IMG/VR virus record: IMGVR_UViG_3300017963_000261
Span: 7,163-71,162 of that record
Reading direction: 5' to 3' (one strand)
Origin: a virus
DNA length: 64,000 nt
The translations under genes and the position numbers were made by a program. Numbering within the stretch: position 1 is the stretch's first letter; the number at the start of each line of letters is the position of its first letter. The notes beneath the pieces were generated by a model. That model was not told the DNA's origin and did no database searches. It saw only the letters and a list, made by a program, of their open reading frames with translations. Below, one piece after another: positions 26,507 through 35,430 of the stretch.

Positions 26507-29065
26507 ATGAAGATGGCAAAGGTACTGCTGAACAACTGGATGCAGGTGGAAGAACACGGCGAGATCAAGCGTTATCCAGCGGGGACTATCCTGAGCGTCA
26601 ACCTACGCATTGCCAAAGAGTGGGAGCAGCGGGGAGATTGTGCGATCATCGAACTGCCCAAACCTGCGCCAACGTTCTACCCCTGGGAGGATAAAGCACG
26701 CCGGCGGGAATTGAGCCAGCGCATCAAGCAGGCACGCAAGAACGCGGAACCGCCGCCCGTTATGACGCCGGAACCGAAACCGCAACCCAAGCGCCAGCGC
26801 AAAGGCCGAAAGCGCACGGTGCGTCCAGCCCCTACCCGCAGGCCGAGAGTAGGCGATAAGCCAGAACCGCTGACCTACAAAGGCACATCGGAATTGCTGC
26901 AAGCGGCACGCAAGTACTGGTTCGACAACGAACCGGAGTTCGACCTAAATGACATCAACGTGCCGCGTTGGGCAGTGGACACCTATGGCGGGCCATCGGC
27001 GCAGTATAATCGCTGCGAGATATGCCAGCGTAGCGAATGGCTATCGCGCCTGTCGCAATCCAACCAGTTCGTCGGCCACGATTGCCATTGCTCTGCCCAG
27101 TGTTCTCGCCAGTGTGCCAAGCAAGGTGACGACCGATTCACGCAATGCCACCAGGACTTTTCATCTGCCTTTGGCGTGGACCCGGCGCTGAATGCGCCCA
27201 GGGGCGTCTACATTCTCAGCGACAGGTGGTTCGACAATCACTTTCGCCCCGGCGGTTCCCACGTCACGTTGAACAAGCGGCGGGGATTGGCCCGTGCGGG
27301 GATGTACGACGTGTATCGGCACTCGGAATGGGACACGATAGACTGGAAGCGGTATGACTGGGCCTACATCAACAACAGCCGCCAGGTGCCTCTACTGTCT
27401 CGCCCGCCCATCCCGTTGCTGATGTACGGTCACGACCACTGGAAAGGAAATCCCCAACAGGCCCTCGACCACTACCATCCCGACATTCTGATTACCCCAT
27501 TCCCCTACCTGTGGTCAACGAATATGAATGTACCGGAGAACACAGAGGTGCGCCTGTATGCCATCAGCGCATCGCAGTTTTTCACGCGTCCCAATCTCTC
27601 AGAGGACAAGCCGCTGGACCTGATGTGCATCGGTGCAATGTCGAAAGGGCCGACGGGGCCATACGGGTTACGCATCCTGCTACACGAGCAGATTCAGGAG
27701 CTAGGAGGTCCGTGGCGTGTGGGCCATAGCCACGCCGCGCAATTTGGGTTTGCCCATCCTGATGTGCCGTTGAGCGACGAGGTGACGATGCTCAACTACT
27801 ATAGCGCGCACCTGGGACGGTCTCGATTCATCGCCTTTGCCCCGTGCCAGGGCAGGCCCGCCGGTGGAATGTGGATAAAATACTACGAGGTGCTGGGCTG
27901 CGGGGCCATTCCCATTATGCCTACCGTGCCCGACCTGGAGCCGCGCCTAGGTGTCAAGCCCTGGGAGCACTACATCCCGTGGGAGGTCATCGCGGGCGAC
28001 AATGCAGCACTGGCCGACATCTTGGCGCACTTTGACGACCACAAGCACCTGGCGCATAACGCGGTGCGCTGGCATCGGGAGAATGCCGACCGGCTGTTGT
28101 TTGGCGGCTTTGAGGATGCTGTGCGTGCGCTGACGAAGGAAAAGTATCCGCCCCGGCTACTGGAAGAGAAAGCGCAGAGGGACAATCCACGCCCTGCTAC
28201 CGTGACCTTGACGATCCGCCCGCGCATCCTGACCACGGCACACGCGCCTCCGCCAGAGGTGACGGTGCTCACCATCCCCCGGCAGTGGCAAGAGCCGTGG
28301 CTGACACGGCAAGAGAACACCGTCGGGGCCTGGATGCAGATGAGGCCCAAGCCAGCGTTGATCTTCTTCTGCGATGACCTGGGCACGGCAGAAGCGGCGG
28401 GCAGATGGGAAGCGATTCACGTAGCCGATGGCAAGCGCAATGACCAGGGCACGCCGCTTATCAGTGACGTGTTCTTGCGCGGGCAGGCATTGGCGCAAAC
28501 GCCGTTTGTGATGTACTGCAACACGGACGTGGTGACCTGGGGCATTGATGAGGCGCTGGAATTGGCTCGTGAGCAATTCGAGTCGTTCCTGTTGGTCGGG
28601 GCACGCTGGGACGTGGACTGGACGCAGCGCATCCAGTTTTCGGGCAAGTGGAAAGAACGGCTACTGGACTACACCAAGGGGCACGGCAGGCGACACGCCA
28701 AGGGCGCGCTTGACTATTTTGTATTCCCGCGTGGGCTATACAAGAGAAAGGACTGGAATGCAGCCGGGGAGGACTTTCCGCCCTATGCCGTGGGGCGCTC
28801 TGCCTGGGACAATGCGCTGGTCTGCCAAGCGAACTACTTAAACGCGAACACGGTGGACTGCTCCGAGTTCGTGACGGCGATACACCAGAATATGCCAAGC
28901 AAGAAACGTCCGCCGCAAAGTGAGCAGAGCGAGAAGGGCATCAACTGGCGCTTTTATGATGCCCGCCATTGCCGCCACCAGTCGGGCAGCGCCAATAACT
29001 GTCGGTGGGTACTCAAGCGTGATGGCACATTTGAGGAGAGGCAGGGGAGTAGGTGGAAGCCATAA
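26507..29065 (+). CDS. multidomain protein: capsid-region domain, Cys/His-rich domain, CgeB-like GT and GT-A domain
   Basis: IKYYEVLGCGAIP; C-terminal GTPLISD...MYCNTD...GARWD...DYFVF...VGRSAWDN. Confidence 0.75.
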   Translation: MKMAKVLLNNWMQVEEHGEIKRYPAGTILSVNLRIAKEWEQRGDCAIIELPKPAPTFYPWEDKARRRELSQRIKQARKNAEPPPVMTPEPKPQPKRQRKGRKRTVRPAPTRRPRVGDKPEPLTYKGTSELLQAARKYWFDNEPEFDLNDINVPRWAVDTYGGPSAQYNRCEICQRSEWLSRLSQSNQFVGHDCHCSAQCSRQCAKQGDDRFTQCHQDFSSAFGVDPALNAPRGVYILSDRWFDNHFRPGGSHVTLNKRRGLARAGMYDVYRHSEWDTIDWKRYDWAYINNSRQVPLLSRPPIPLLMYGHDHWKGNPQQALDHYHPDILITPFPYLWSTNMNVPENTEVRLYAISASQFFTRPNLSEDKPLDLMCIGAMSKGPTGPYGLRILLHEQIQELGGPWRVGHSHAAQFGFAHPDVPLSDEVTMLNYYSAHLGRSRFIAFAPCQGRPAGGMWIKYYEVLGCGAIPIMPTVPDLEPRLGVKPWEHYIPWEVIAGDNAALADILAHFDDHKHLAHNAVRWHRENADRLLFGGFEDAVRALTKEKYPPRLLEEKAQRDNPRPATVTLTIRPRILTTAHAPPPEVTVLTIPRQWQEPWLTRQENTVGAWMQMRPKPALIFFCDDLGTAEAAGRWEAIHVADGKRNDQGTPLISDVFLRGQALAQTPFVMYCNTDVVTWGIDEALELAREQFESFLLVGARWDVDWTQRIQFSGKWKERLLDYTKGHGRRHAKGALDYFVFPRGLYKRKDWNAAGEDFPPYAVGRSAWDNALVCQANYLNANTVDCSEFVTAIHQNMPSKKRPPQSEQSEKGINWRFYDARHCRHQSGSANNCRWVLKRDGTFEERQGSRWKP

Positions 29066-29688
29066 CCGGCATCGGCTTTATGTACGAGCGACTGCATAGT
29101 CTCGCCCATCCCGTGATGCTGGACGTAGGCGCACATCACGGGGAGTGTTGCTTGGTGGGAGCGATGTTGCACGACCTGACCATTCACGCCTTCGAGCCGC
29201 ACCCTGATTCTATGGCTGTCTTGCGACGGGTCATTGCATCTACGTATATTCCTAGCGTGCATACCTACCAGGTGGCCCTATCGAATGTGCCGGGGACGGG
29301 CATACTCAAGGCACCACTGGATGCACGCAAGCGGGGCCTCGCCACACTGGGCAAGCCATTACGTTTTGGGGAATGGGCGGAACTGCCTGTGTCCGTCACG
29401 ACGCTGGACCTGTGGGGGGAGGAGAACCACATCAGCCACGTTGATCTGATCAAGCTGGACGTAGAGGGAGCAGAGGCACACGTACTGCGCGGGGCGCACG
29501 CGCTCATCGAAACGTTCACGCCGATGCTAATCGTGGAGATTATAAAGAGGAACCTGAACCAGATGGGCAGCACGACCAGAGACGTGACGGGGCGACTGAA
29601 GGAGTGGGGGTACAAGATACGGGAAATCTCAAAGTTCACGCACGGGCACGACTTCTACTGTTGGCATAAAGAGGAGCACGCCCTGTGA
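29053..29688 (+). CDS. FkbM family methyltransferase
   Basis: LDVGAHHG; HAFEP; IKLDVEGAE. Confidence 0.9.
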   Translation: MEAITGIGFMYERLHSLAHPVMLDVGAHHGECCLVGAMLHDLTIHAFEPHPDSMAVLRRVIASTYIPSVHTYQVALSNVPGTGILKAPLDARKRGLATLGKPLRFGEWAELPVSVTTLDLWGEENHISHVDLIKLDVEGAEAHVLRGAHALIETFTPMLIVEIIKRNLNQMGSTTRDVTGRLKEWGYKIREISKFTHGHDFYCWHKEEHAL

Positions 29689-30362
29689 CCACCGACATCT
29701 TGGTGACTACCCGTGGTCGCCTGGAATACCTGCAACAGACGCTAGAGCACATCTATGCGCGCACGCGGGCATCGTACCGACTGCACGTTGTCGATGATTG
29801 TTCAGGCAACGTGGATTGGTTGGAGCGCGAATTTGCGGCGGGGCGCATCCATCACCTATACCTGCGAGGGGAGCACGTCGGGGCGATGGCGAATCAAAAC
29901 CTTTTGGCCTGGGGCAGCTTCTCCGACCCGGTTGTGCTGACGGATGACGATGTATTGTGTCCGGACGTTGAACCGGACTGGCTCTCTAGGGGCCTTTCTG
30001 CGATGGAGAGCCACAAAGAGGTCGGGATGCTGGCGCTGCACCATCCAGGGGCCAAGCTCAAAGGCTACAAGGTGAGCCGGGAAGTCACGTACTGCGAGAG
30101 TCTAGGCGGGACGTTCCTGTTCATTCGCCGGGACGTGCTACTCAAGTGCCCGCAACACCACGAGCGGGGCAACCTGGACAGGCCGATGGCACCACGATGT
30201 GAGGCGGTCCGTAACGCTGGATTCAAGATAGCCTATTTGACGCGCACCTACTGTTACCACGTTGGGCAGCACAGCGCGTTGAGTGGGAACAAGTATCGGG
30301 GGAGGTTTATTCAGCCGGATGACTGGAAGACATTGGAACCACCGGAGAGGTGGCGAAGGTGA
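29685..30362 (+). CDS. GT2 glycosyltransferase
   Basis: VVDDCS; VLTDDD. Confidence 0.85.
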   Translation: MTTDILVTTRGRLEYLQQTLEHIYARTRASYRLHVVDDCSGNVDWLEREFAAGRIHHLYLRGEHVGAMANQNLLAWGSFSDPVVLTDDDVLCPDVEPDWLSRGLSAMESHKEVGMLALHHPGAKLKGYKVSREVTYCESLGGTFLFIRRDVLLKCPQHHERGNLDRPMAPRCEAVRNAGFKIAYLTRTYCYHVGQHSALSGNKYRGRFIQPDDWKTLEPPERWRR

Positions 30363-31051
30363 GCGACTGGGGTACTGTCTGTGTGGCCGTGCGCCCCACG
30401 CGCCCACATTCCCTGGACTTTTGGGCGGCCTGGACGGCGCTCATCACCAGGGGCTTGCGGCGGGGTGACGTGACGCTTGTGCCCAACCAAGCACTCCCGG
30501 GCCACCAGGCCGCCAACGTAGTGGCGCAATCGTTTATGGATACGGGGCGCGACACGTTGCTGATGATTGACGATGACCAGATATTCGAGGCCGATACCCT
30601 GGAACGATTGCGCTCCAATGAGGCCAACTGGGAATATGACGTGGTGTGCCCGTTCGTGACGCGGCGCACCTGGCCGCCATTGCCCGTCATCCTGAGACGG
30701 CACGAGCCGCAACCGGAGGACGCGCCGCTGGTGGGCACGTACTATGACCCGGTAGTTCAGTTCGAGGAGGGTGCGGCATTGCCCGTGGACACGGTAGGCC
30801 TACCATTTACGCTGATTCGTCGGCGCGTGTTCGAAGCGATGGTGGACGAACGCCTGGGACCGGAGCGTACCGACTACTTTCGCTATGGCCCGCAGCGCGT
30901 GGGGCCGGACGTAATGTTCTCTGAGGCTTGCGTGGCGTTGGGGTTCAAGCTGGCGGTAGACACATCTGTCAAAATCGGCCACGTTGGTGCGATGACGCTG
31001 GGCTGGAATGAGTTTGTGGCGTGGCGAGAGGCGCATCGCGCCAACCATTGA
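30350..31051 (+). CDS. GT-A glycosyltransferase-like protein
   Basis: LLMIDDD; VDTVG..FTLIRRRVFE; D..F...GFKLAVDTSVKIGH. Confidence 0.8.
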   Translation: MAKVSDWGTVCVAVRPTRPHSLDFWAAWTALITRGLRRGDVTLVPNQALPGHQAANVVAQSFMDTGRDTLLMIDDDQIFEADTLERLRSNEANWEYDVVCPFVTRRTWPPLPVILRRHEPQPEDAPLVGTYYDPVVQFEEGAALPVDTVGLPFTLIRRRVFEAMVDERLGPERTDYFRYGPQRVGPDVMFSEACVALGFKLAVDTSVKIGHVGAMTLGWNEFVAWREAHRANH

Positions 31052-31076
31052 CTAGAGCGTCCGAAAGTGGTATAAT
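31048..31076 (+). promoter_or_regulatory. sigma70 promoter
   Basis: TTGACT-N17-TATAAT with TG extension. Confidence 0.8.
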
Positions 31077-31110
31077 AGGCACATAGCAACGCCCCTGGAA
31101 CGCAGGAGAC

Positions 31111-31152
31111 GCGGGGCTGGTTCCCTCTATGGAGGGGCCAGCCCCGTTTTTG
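31111..31152 (+). terminator. intrinsic terminator/attenuator in a short leader
   Basis: CGGGGCTGGTTCCCTC/GAGGGGCCAGCCCCG stem followed by T6. Confidence 0.85.
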
Positions 31153-31163
31153 TTGGAGACTGA

Positions 31164-31865
31164 ATGATTGAACTGAGGTCAGGCACGCGCATCGTACCCA
31201 TCGGCGCGGGGATGCGCGTCTATCAGCCGAGGGTGGCGGCGGCGGCGGCGAACTGGTGGGACCCGAACGGTGATGGCCTCTGCATCTGGGCGGCCTACCA
31301 GCCAAAGGGTGCGGCGAGCTATGCGGCATCACTAACGGACCTGAGCGGGAATGGCAACGATGCCAGTACGGGCGTGCAGCCGGATTGGGATGCAGTCAAC
31401 GGATGGAAGTTCAACGGAAGCACGCATTATCTGACGACAACGTTCGTGCCGCAGAATGACCAGAGTCAGAGCATGATCATCCAATATACAAATTGTCAGA
31501 CACTATCTGTCAGAGTACTCTGTGGCATATATGATGGCGGCGGTCATAATTTTTTCTTCTATCCGTATTATACAAACAACATGGTATACTATGGAAATGG
31601 TGCGGCTCGTGCGGCAGCGCCAGGACTCGTGGTGGGGAATCTATGCGTTGCCGGAAGTGAAGGCTATCGGAACGGCGGGGCCGAGGGATTAACTATCCCC
31701 GGATGGGGTGGTGCGCCGACGAGTTCGGTCATCATCGGAGGAAGGAATGAAAGTGGGGTATCTGCTCGCCATTGTCAGTATTATTGTCAAGCCTTCGCAC
31801 TATATGATTGTACATTGACATCGGGACAAGTCTCGGCTGTCGCGGCGGCGATGGCCGCTTTATAG
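31164..31865 (+). CDS. LamG/concanavalin-like virion-associated protein
   Basis: TDLSGNGNDA; FNGSTHYL; IIGG...ALYDCTLT; start may be 31212. Confidence 0.65.
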   Translation: MIELRSGTRIVPIGAGMRVYQPRVAAAAANWWDPNGDGLCIWAAYQPKGAASYAASLTDLSGNGNDASTGVQPDWDAVNGWKFNGSTHYLTTTFVPQNDQSQSMIIQYTNCQTLSVRVLCGIYDGGGHNFFFYPYYTNNMVYYGNGAARAAAPGLVVGNLCVAGSEGYRNGGAEGLTIPGWGGAPTSSVIIGGRNESGVSARHCQYYCQAFALYDCTLTSGQVSAVAAAMAAL

Positions 31866-31876
31866 GAGGATTTAGA

Positions 31877-32158
31877 ATGTCGAACCAAATTGTTGTTCCG
31901 AGGACAGCGGGTGAACTAGCTGGCGCTGTGCGAAATGTGATAGACCGTTTGCAGAGCGTGAAGGACGATTTAGCCAGCCAGAAAGCCTCAATGGACCAAA
32001 TTGCAGCCAGCAATGACTGGGATAGCCTGGGGACCGCGCTTGGCTGCACGTCGGCGGAGGCCGAGGCCGTGTATAACCTATATGGTTCCGTATTGGCTGG
32101 ACCGATGGTCGATTCGTTCCTGATACAGCTTCTTAGCCGCTTGCAGTATGCTGGATAG
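31877..32158 (+). CDS. hypothetical protein
   Basis: AGGAGG SD, ORF. Confidence 0.65.
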   Translation: MSNQIVVPRTAGELAGAVRNVIDRLQSVKDDLASQKASMDQIAASNDWDSLGTALGCTSAEAEAVYNLYGSVLAGPMVDSFLIQLLSRLQYAG

Positions 32159-32165
32159 GTGAACG

Positions 32166-32954
32166 ATGGCAACGCAAGTCCCACCGGTACGTGGCGCTAC
32201 ATTCTACTTTGAAGTATCTCTGGTCTCTCAGTCCGACACTGACACATTTCAAAATAATCCAACGCTGGCTTCTGGGGATGTAGTGGTATATAAAGACGGC
32301 GCGCTGGATGGCAACATAGACACGCTGCCTACGGCTATCGGGGCGGGGCGCGTGGTTCTGGTGACACTCTCGACGGATGAGATGACGGCAGACCGTGTGA
32401 CGGTGCTTTTTCACGATGCGGCAGGCGATGAGTGGCAGGACTTGCTTGTGACGATTCACACATCGGCCCAGACGCTCAATACGATTGACACGAACGTGGA
32501 TGCCATTCTATCCGACACCGGGACTGATGGCGTTGTGCTGGCCAATGATGCGATTACCTCGGCCAAGTTCGATGAATCGAGTGCGTACCCGCTCACAGCG
32601 GCAGACTCCGGCAGCACCTACGTGGCCCGAACGGGTGCGGACGGTGACACACTAGAGACGCTCAGTGACGAGATTGCAGCACTCAACGATCTATCTGCCG
32701 CCCAGGTCAATGCCCAGGTCGTGGATGCGCTGGCAACAGACACTTACGCCGAACCAGGGCAGGGAGCGCCTAGCGCCACGACCTCCTTGGCGGCGAAGCT
32801 TGGCTACCTCTACAAAGCGTGGCGCAATCGCAAGACGGCGACCAGCACCACAGCGACGCTGTACGCAGACAATGGAACCACAACGGACCAGGCAGCCACC
32901 ATCAGTGACGACGGCACCACATTCACCTACGGCGAGTGGGGCACGGGGGCCTGA
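32166..32954 (+). CDS. putative virion structural protein (Thr/Asp/Ala-rich)
   Basis: Composition and location in the morphogenesis module. Confidence 0.6.
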   Translation: MATQVPPVRGATFYFEVSLVSQSDTDTFQNNPTLASGDVVVYKDGALDGNIDTLPTAIGAGRVVLVTLSTDEMTADRVTVLFHDAAGDEWQDLLVTIHTSAQTLNTIDTNVDAILSDTGTDGVVLANDAITSAKFDESSAYPLTAADSGSTYVARTGADGDTLETLSDEIAALNDLSAAQVNAQVVDALATDTYAEPGQGAPSATTSLAAKLGYLYKAWRNRKTATSTTATLYADNGTTTDQAATISDDGTTFTYGEWGTGA

Positions 32955-33229
32955 TGGCAGTAGACACGCGCGGCAAGCGGGCATCGGTGTTGAGCTACGA
33001 TGCGGAGTTCATCTTTCCCCTCGTGCCCGCCGATGGCACTATCGGGCAGAGGGACAGGCAGCACGCCCTGTGGTCTTATGCAGCTTTGATGGGTGCGGTG
33101 AGCATTGGGCCTAGTTTGCGCGTAGCCGACTGGATGCGCCCGGACAGCCGGGCAGCGGAACGGCTGCGACCAGAGTCGCGGCATAGCGAGGGGCTGGTGC
33201 CTGCGCTACGCAACATAGACGAGGCGTGA
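32954..33229 (+). CDS. hypothetical protein
   Basis: TGATG coupling. Confidence 0.6.
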   Translation: MAVDTRGKRASVLSYDAEFIFPLVPADGTIGQRDRQHALWSYAALMGAVSIGPSLRVADWMRPDSRAAERLRPESRHSEGLVPALRNIDEA

Positions 33230-33233
33230 TACA

Positions 33234-34193
33234 ATGAATATCCTCTTTGTCACCGTTGAGAATATCACAGAGGTGATGGCGGCGGGCTATACCATCATTC
33301 GCGTCTATACGGGCACGTCTGAGTCGGGCAGCTTTACCACGCTGGATGGAACCATCACCCTGGTCGCAGCCACGGAGAGCTACACCTACACTGACACGGA
33401 CGGGGCCTCTACGACGTGGTACAAGACGTGCTACTATGGAAGCAGCCCAGGGGAATCGGACAAGTCGAGCGCCCGTCTGGCCGACACCTCGGCGGCCTAT
33501 GCCTCCGTGCCCGAACTGCGCGCCCAAATCAGCCTCACCGCAGAGACGGATGACGTAGAACTGGCGATGTTGCTGGACAGCGCAAGCCGGGCTATCAACA
33601 ACTACTGCAACCGACCAGATGGGTTCGTGTCCGACCCGACAGCCAGCGCCCGCTACTATACAGGAGATGGTGGGCCATACCAGAGAATTGACGAATGCAC
33701 CTCCATCACCGCTGTGGCAGTCAAGGACTCTGCCAGCGACGACACGTACACGGCCTGGAGCGCGCCCACGACCGACTTTGCGGGCGACGGGGATTGGATT
33801 CCGTTCGCAGGCGACCCGGAGCGCCCGATATTCAACGCCCTGGCGCGGGGCATCCCGTACACCTGGCTGATGACCGACCCGAATGGCGATTACTACTCAT
33901 TCACATCGGGCAGCTATGCCAGCAGGAGAGGATTCAGGCCAACGGTGACGACGCGAAGGGGAACGCCAACGGTGAGGATTACGGGACGGTGGGGCTATAG
34001 CACATCTATACCGCATACGATAAAACTAGCAGCGATTATGCAAAGTGCGCGGTGGCACAAGCGTTTACAAGGAGGTATGGCGAGTAGTATCGCAACACCA
34101 GAACTTGGCACGATTGAGTTATTCCGCCAACTTGACCCAGATGTGGCCCACTTATTGAGAGATGGGCGCTATATGCGTCCGAGCCTGGGCTGA
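33234..34193 (+). CDS. head-tail connector/adaptor with N-terminal extra domain
   Basis: YASVPELRAQI...LLDSASRAINNYCNR...VRITGRWGY...IKLAAIM. Confidence 0.8.
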   Translation: MNILFVTVENITEVMAAGYTIIRVYTGTSESGSFTTLDGTITLVAATESYTYTDTDGASTTWYKTCYYGSSPGESDKSSARLADTSAAYASVPELRAQISLTAETDDVELAMLLDSASRAINNYCNRPDGFVSDPTASARYYTGDGGPYQRIDECTSITAVAVKDSASDDTYTAWSAPTTDFAGDGDWIPFAGDPERPIFNALARGIPYTWLMTDPNGDYYSFTSGSYASRRGFRPTVTTRRGTPTVRITGRWGYSTSIPHTIKLAAIMQSARWHKRLQGGMASSIATPELGTIELFRQLDPDVAHLLRDGRYMRPSLG

Positions 34194-34573
34194 TGCCAAC
34201 CAAAGCAGACATAAAAGCAGAGATTCGCGGTTTACGTGAATTGGCCGCCAAGAGCGACCAAATCGTGCGTGACCTGCACGGCCCGCCGATGCTCCAGGCG
34301 ATGCGCGATGCCACTCTCATCGTCACCCGCCAGGCGCGCATCAATGCGCCGGTGGACACAGGCCGCCTGCGGGCCAGCATTACGCCGGAAGTGTTGACGA
34401 GGGGTAGGGACTTGGTGGGCATAGTGGGCAGCAACGTGGAATATGCACCTTACCAAGAGTTTGGCACCGTCTATATGCCTGGGCGCTTCTACCTAACCCG
34501 TGCCCTACAGGACAATGCCGACAAGATATACCGCCTATTGGGCCGCGTCATCGGGCGCATAGTGGAGGAGTAG
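34193..34573 (+). CDS. HK97 gp10-family neck protein
   Basis: APVDTGRLRASI; VEYAPYQEFGT. Confidence 0.9.
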   Translation: MPTKADIKAEIRGLRELAAKSDQIVRDLHGPPMLQAMRDATLIVTRQARINAPVDTGRLRASITPEVLTRGRDLVGIVGSNVEYAPYQEFGTVYMPGRFYLTRALQDNADKIYRLLGRVIGRIVEE

Positions 34574-34574
34574 C

Positions 34575-35027
34575 GTGGCAGTCACCATTGCACAAATCTG
34601 CGATGCCATAGAGACCACGCTTTCAGCGGCGACGGGCATCACCACAGGGCAGTCCTACGACGAACTCAGCGAGGGGTTGCCCGCCGCCGACCTTCCGCTG
34701 ATCCAGGTGTATTGGGAAGCGTTGGCAATGGACCCGACCGGGGGCACGGATAGGGGCACGTTCCAGGCCGGGAGACGCCAGAAGCTCATCACCATCTACG
34801 TGGACCTGTTCGCATCACAGCGTAGCCACGTTGGCGAGGACAATGCAGCGGTGGTGGCAGCGGTGGATGCGCTACTGGATGTGCTAGAGGCACAAGATAC
34901 CAAGGACTATTTTAGTCGTACAGGTATCAAGGCGTGGCAATTGGAAGAGTGCAGGCGGGGCGTGTTCCCCTATTCACAAGCGACCTATGTCGGCGCACGC
35001 TTCACGCTCTCCATTTGGGTGTACTGA
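34575..35027 (+). CDS. tail terminator/completion protein
   Basis: Synteny and size. Confidence 0.65.
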   Translation: MAVTIAQICDAIETTLSAATGITTGQSYDELSEGLPAADLPLIQVYWEALAMDPTGGTDRGTFQAGRRQKLITIYVDLFASQRSHVGEDNAAVVAAVDALLDVLEAQDTKDYFSRTGIKAWQLEECRRGVFPYSQATYVGARFTLSIWVY

Positions 35028-35040
35028 GAAAGGCTATATT

Positions 35041-35382
35041 ATGGCAATGTACCGCATCTTGCACAAGCTGGACATCGGCAAGGGACGGTTTTTGCACTCT
35101 GGTTCGTTCAATCGCTTGGAGTGGTTGGATGAATACGGGTTGGCGCGCCTGGAACGAAAGGGCGCGATATGCCGGGTAAAGCCGCCTCCACTGGAAGTGC
35201 TGCCAGGCTGGGCAAGCCGGGCCGAGAAAGTCAACGAGGTGGCGGGCTTGAAAGACGCGGAGGCTTTTTTGGAGGCGGACCCCGGCACCATAGCGGCGGC
35301 GCTGGATGAGGACGTAGAGACAATCCGGCGCTGGCAGAAGGAAATCGAGGGGCATTTGACGGCAGAACCCGCGCCGCACTGA
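35041..35382 (+). CDS. hypothetical protein, HhH/DUF4332-like C-terminus
   Basis: VLPGW...AFLEADPGTIAAAL...TIRRWQ. Confidence 0.55.
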   Translation: MAMYRILHKLDIGKGRFLHSGSFNRLEWLDEYGLARLERKGAICRVKPPPLEVLPGWASRAEKVNEVAGLKDAEAFLEADPGTIAAALDEDVETIRRWQKEIEGHLTAEPAPH

Positions 35383-35430
35383 TGACGCGGGGGCCGATAG
35401 GTAGGCCCGTGGGGCCGAGGAGTAGGGACA

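Noticed and set aside
8358-31051. DNA hypermodification cluster
   Set aside because: No base-hydroxylase, thymidylate-synthase-like, kinase or DNA polymerase genes seen, and the location is in the head module; not formally excluded
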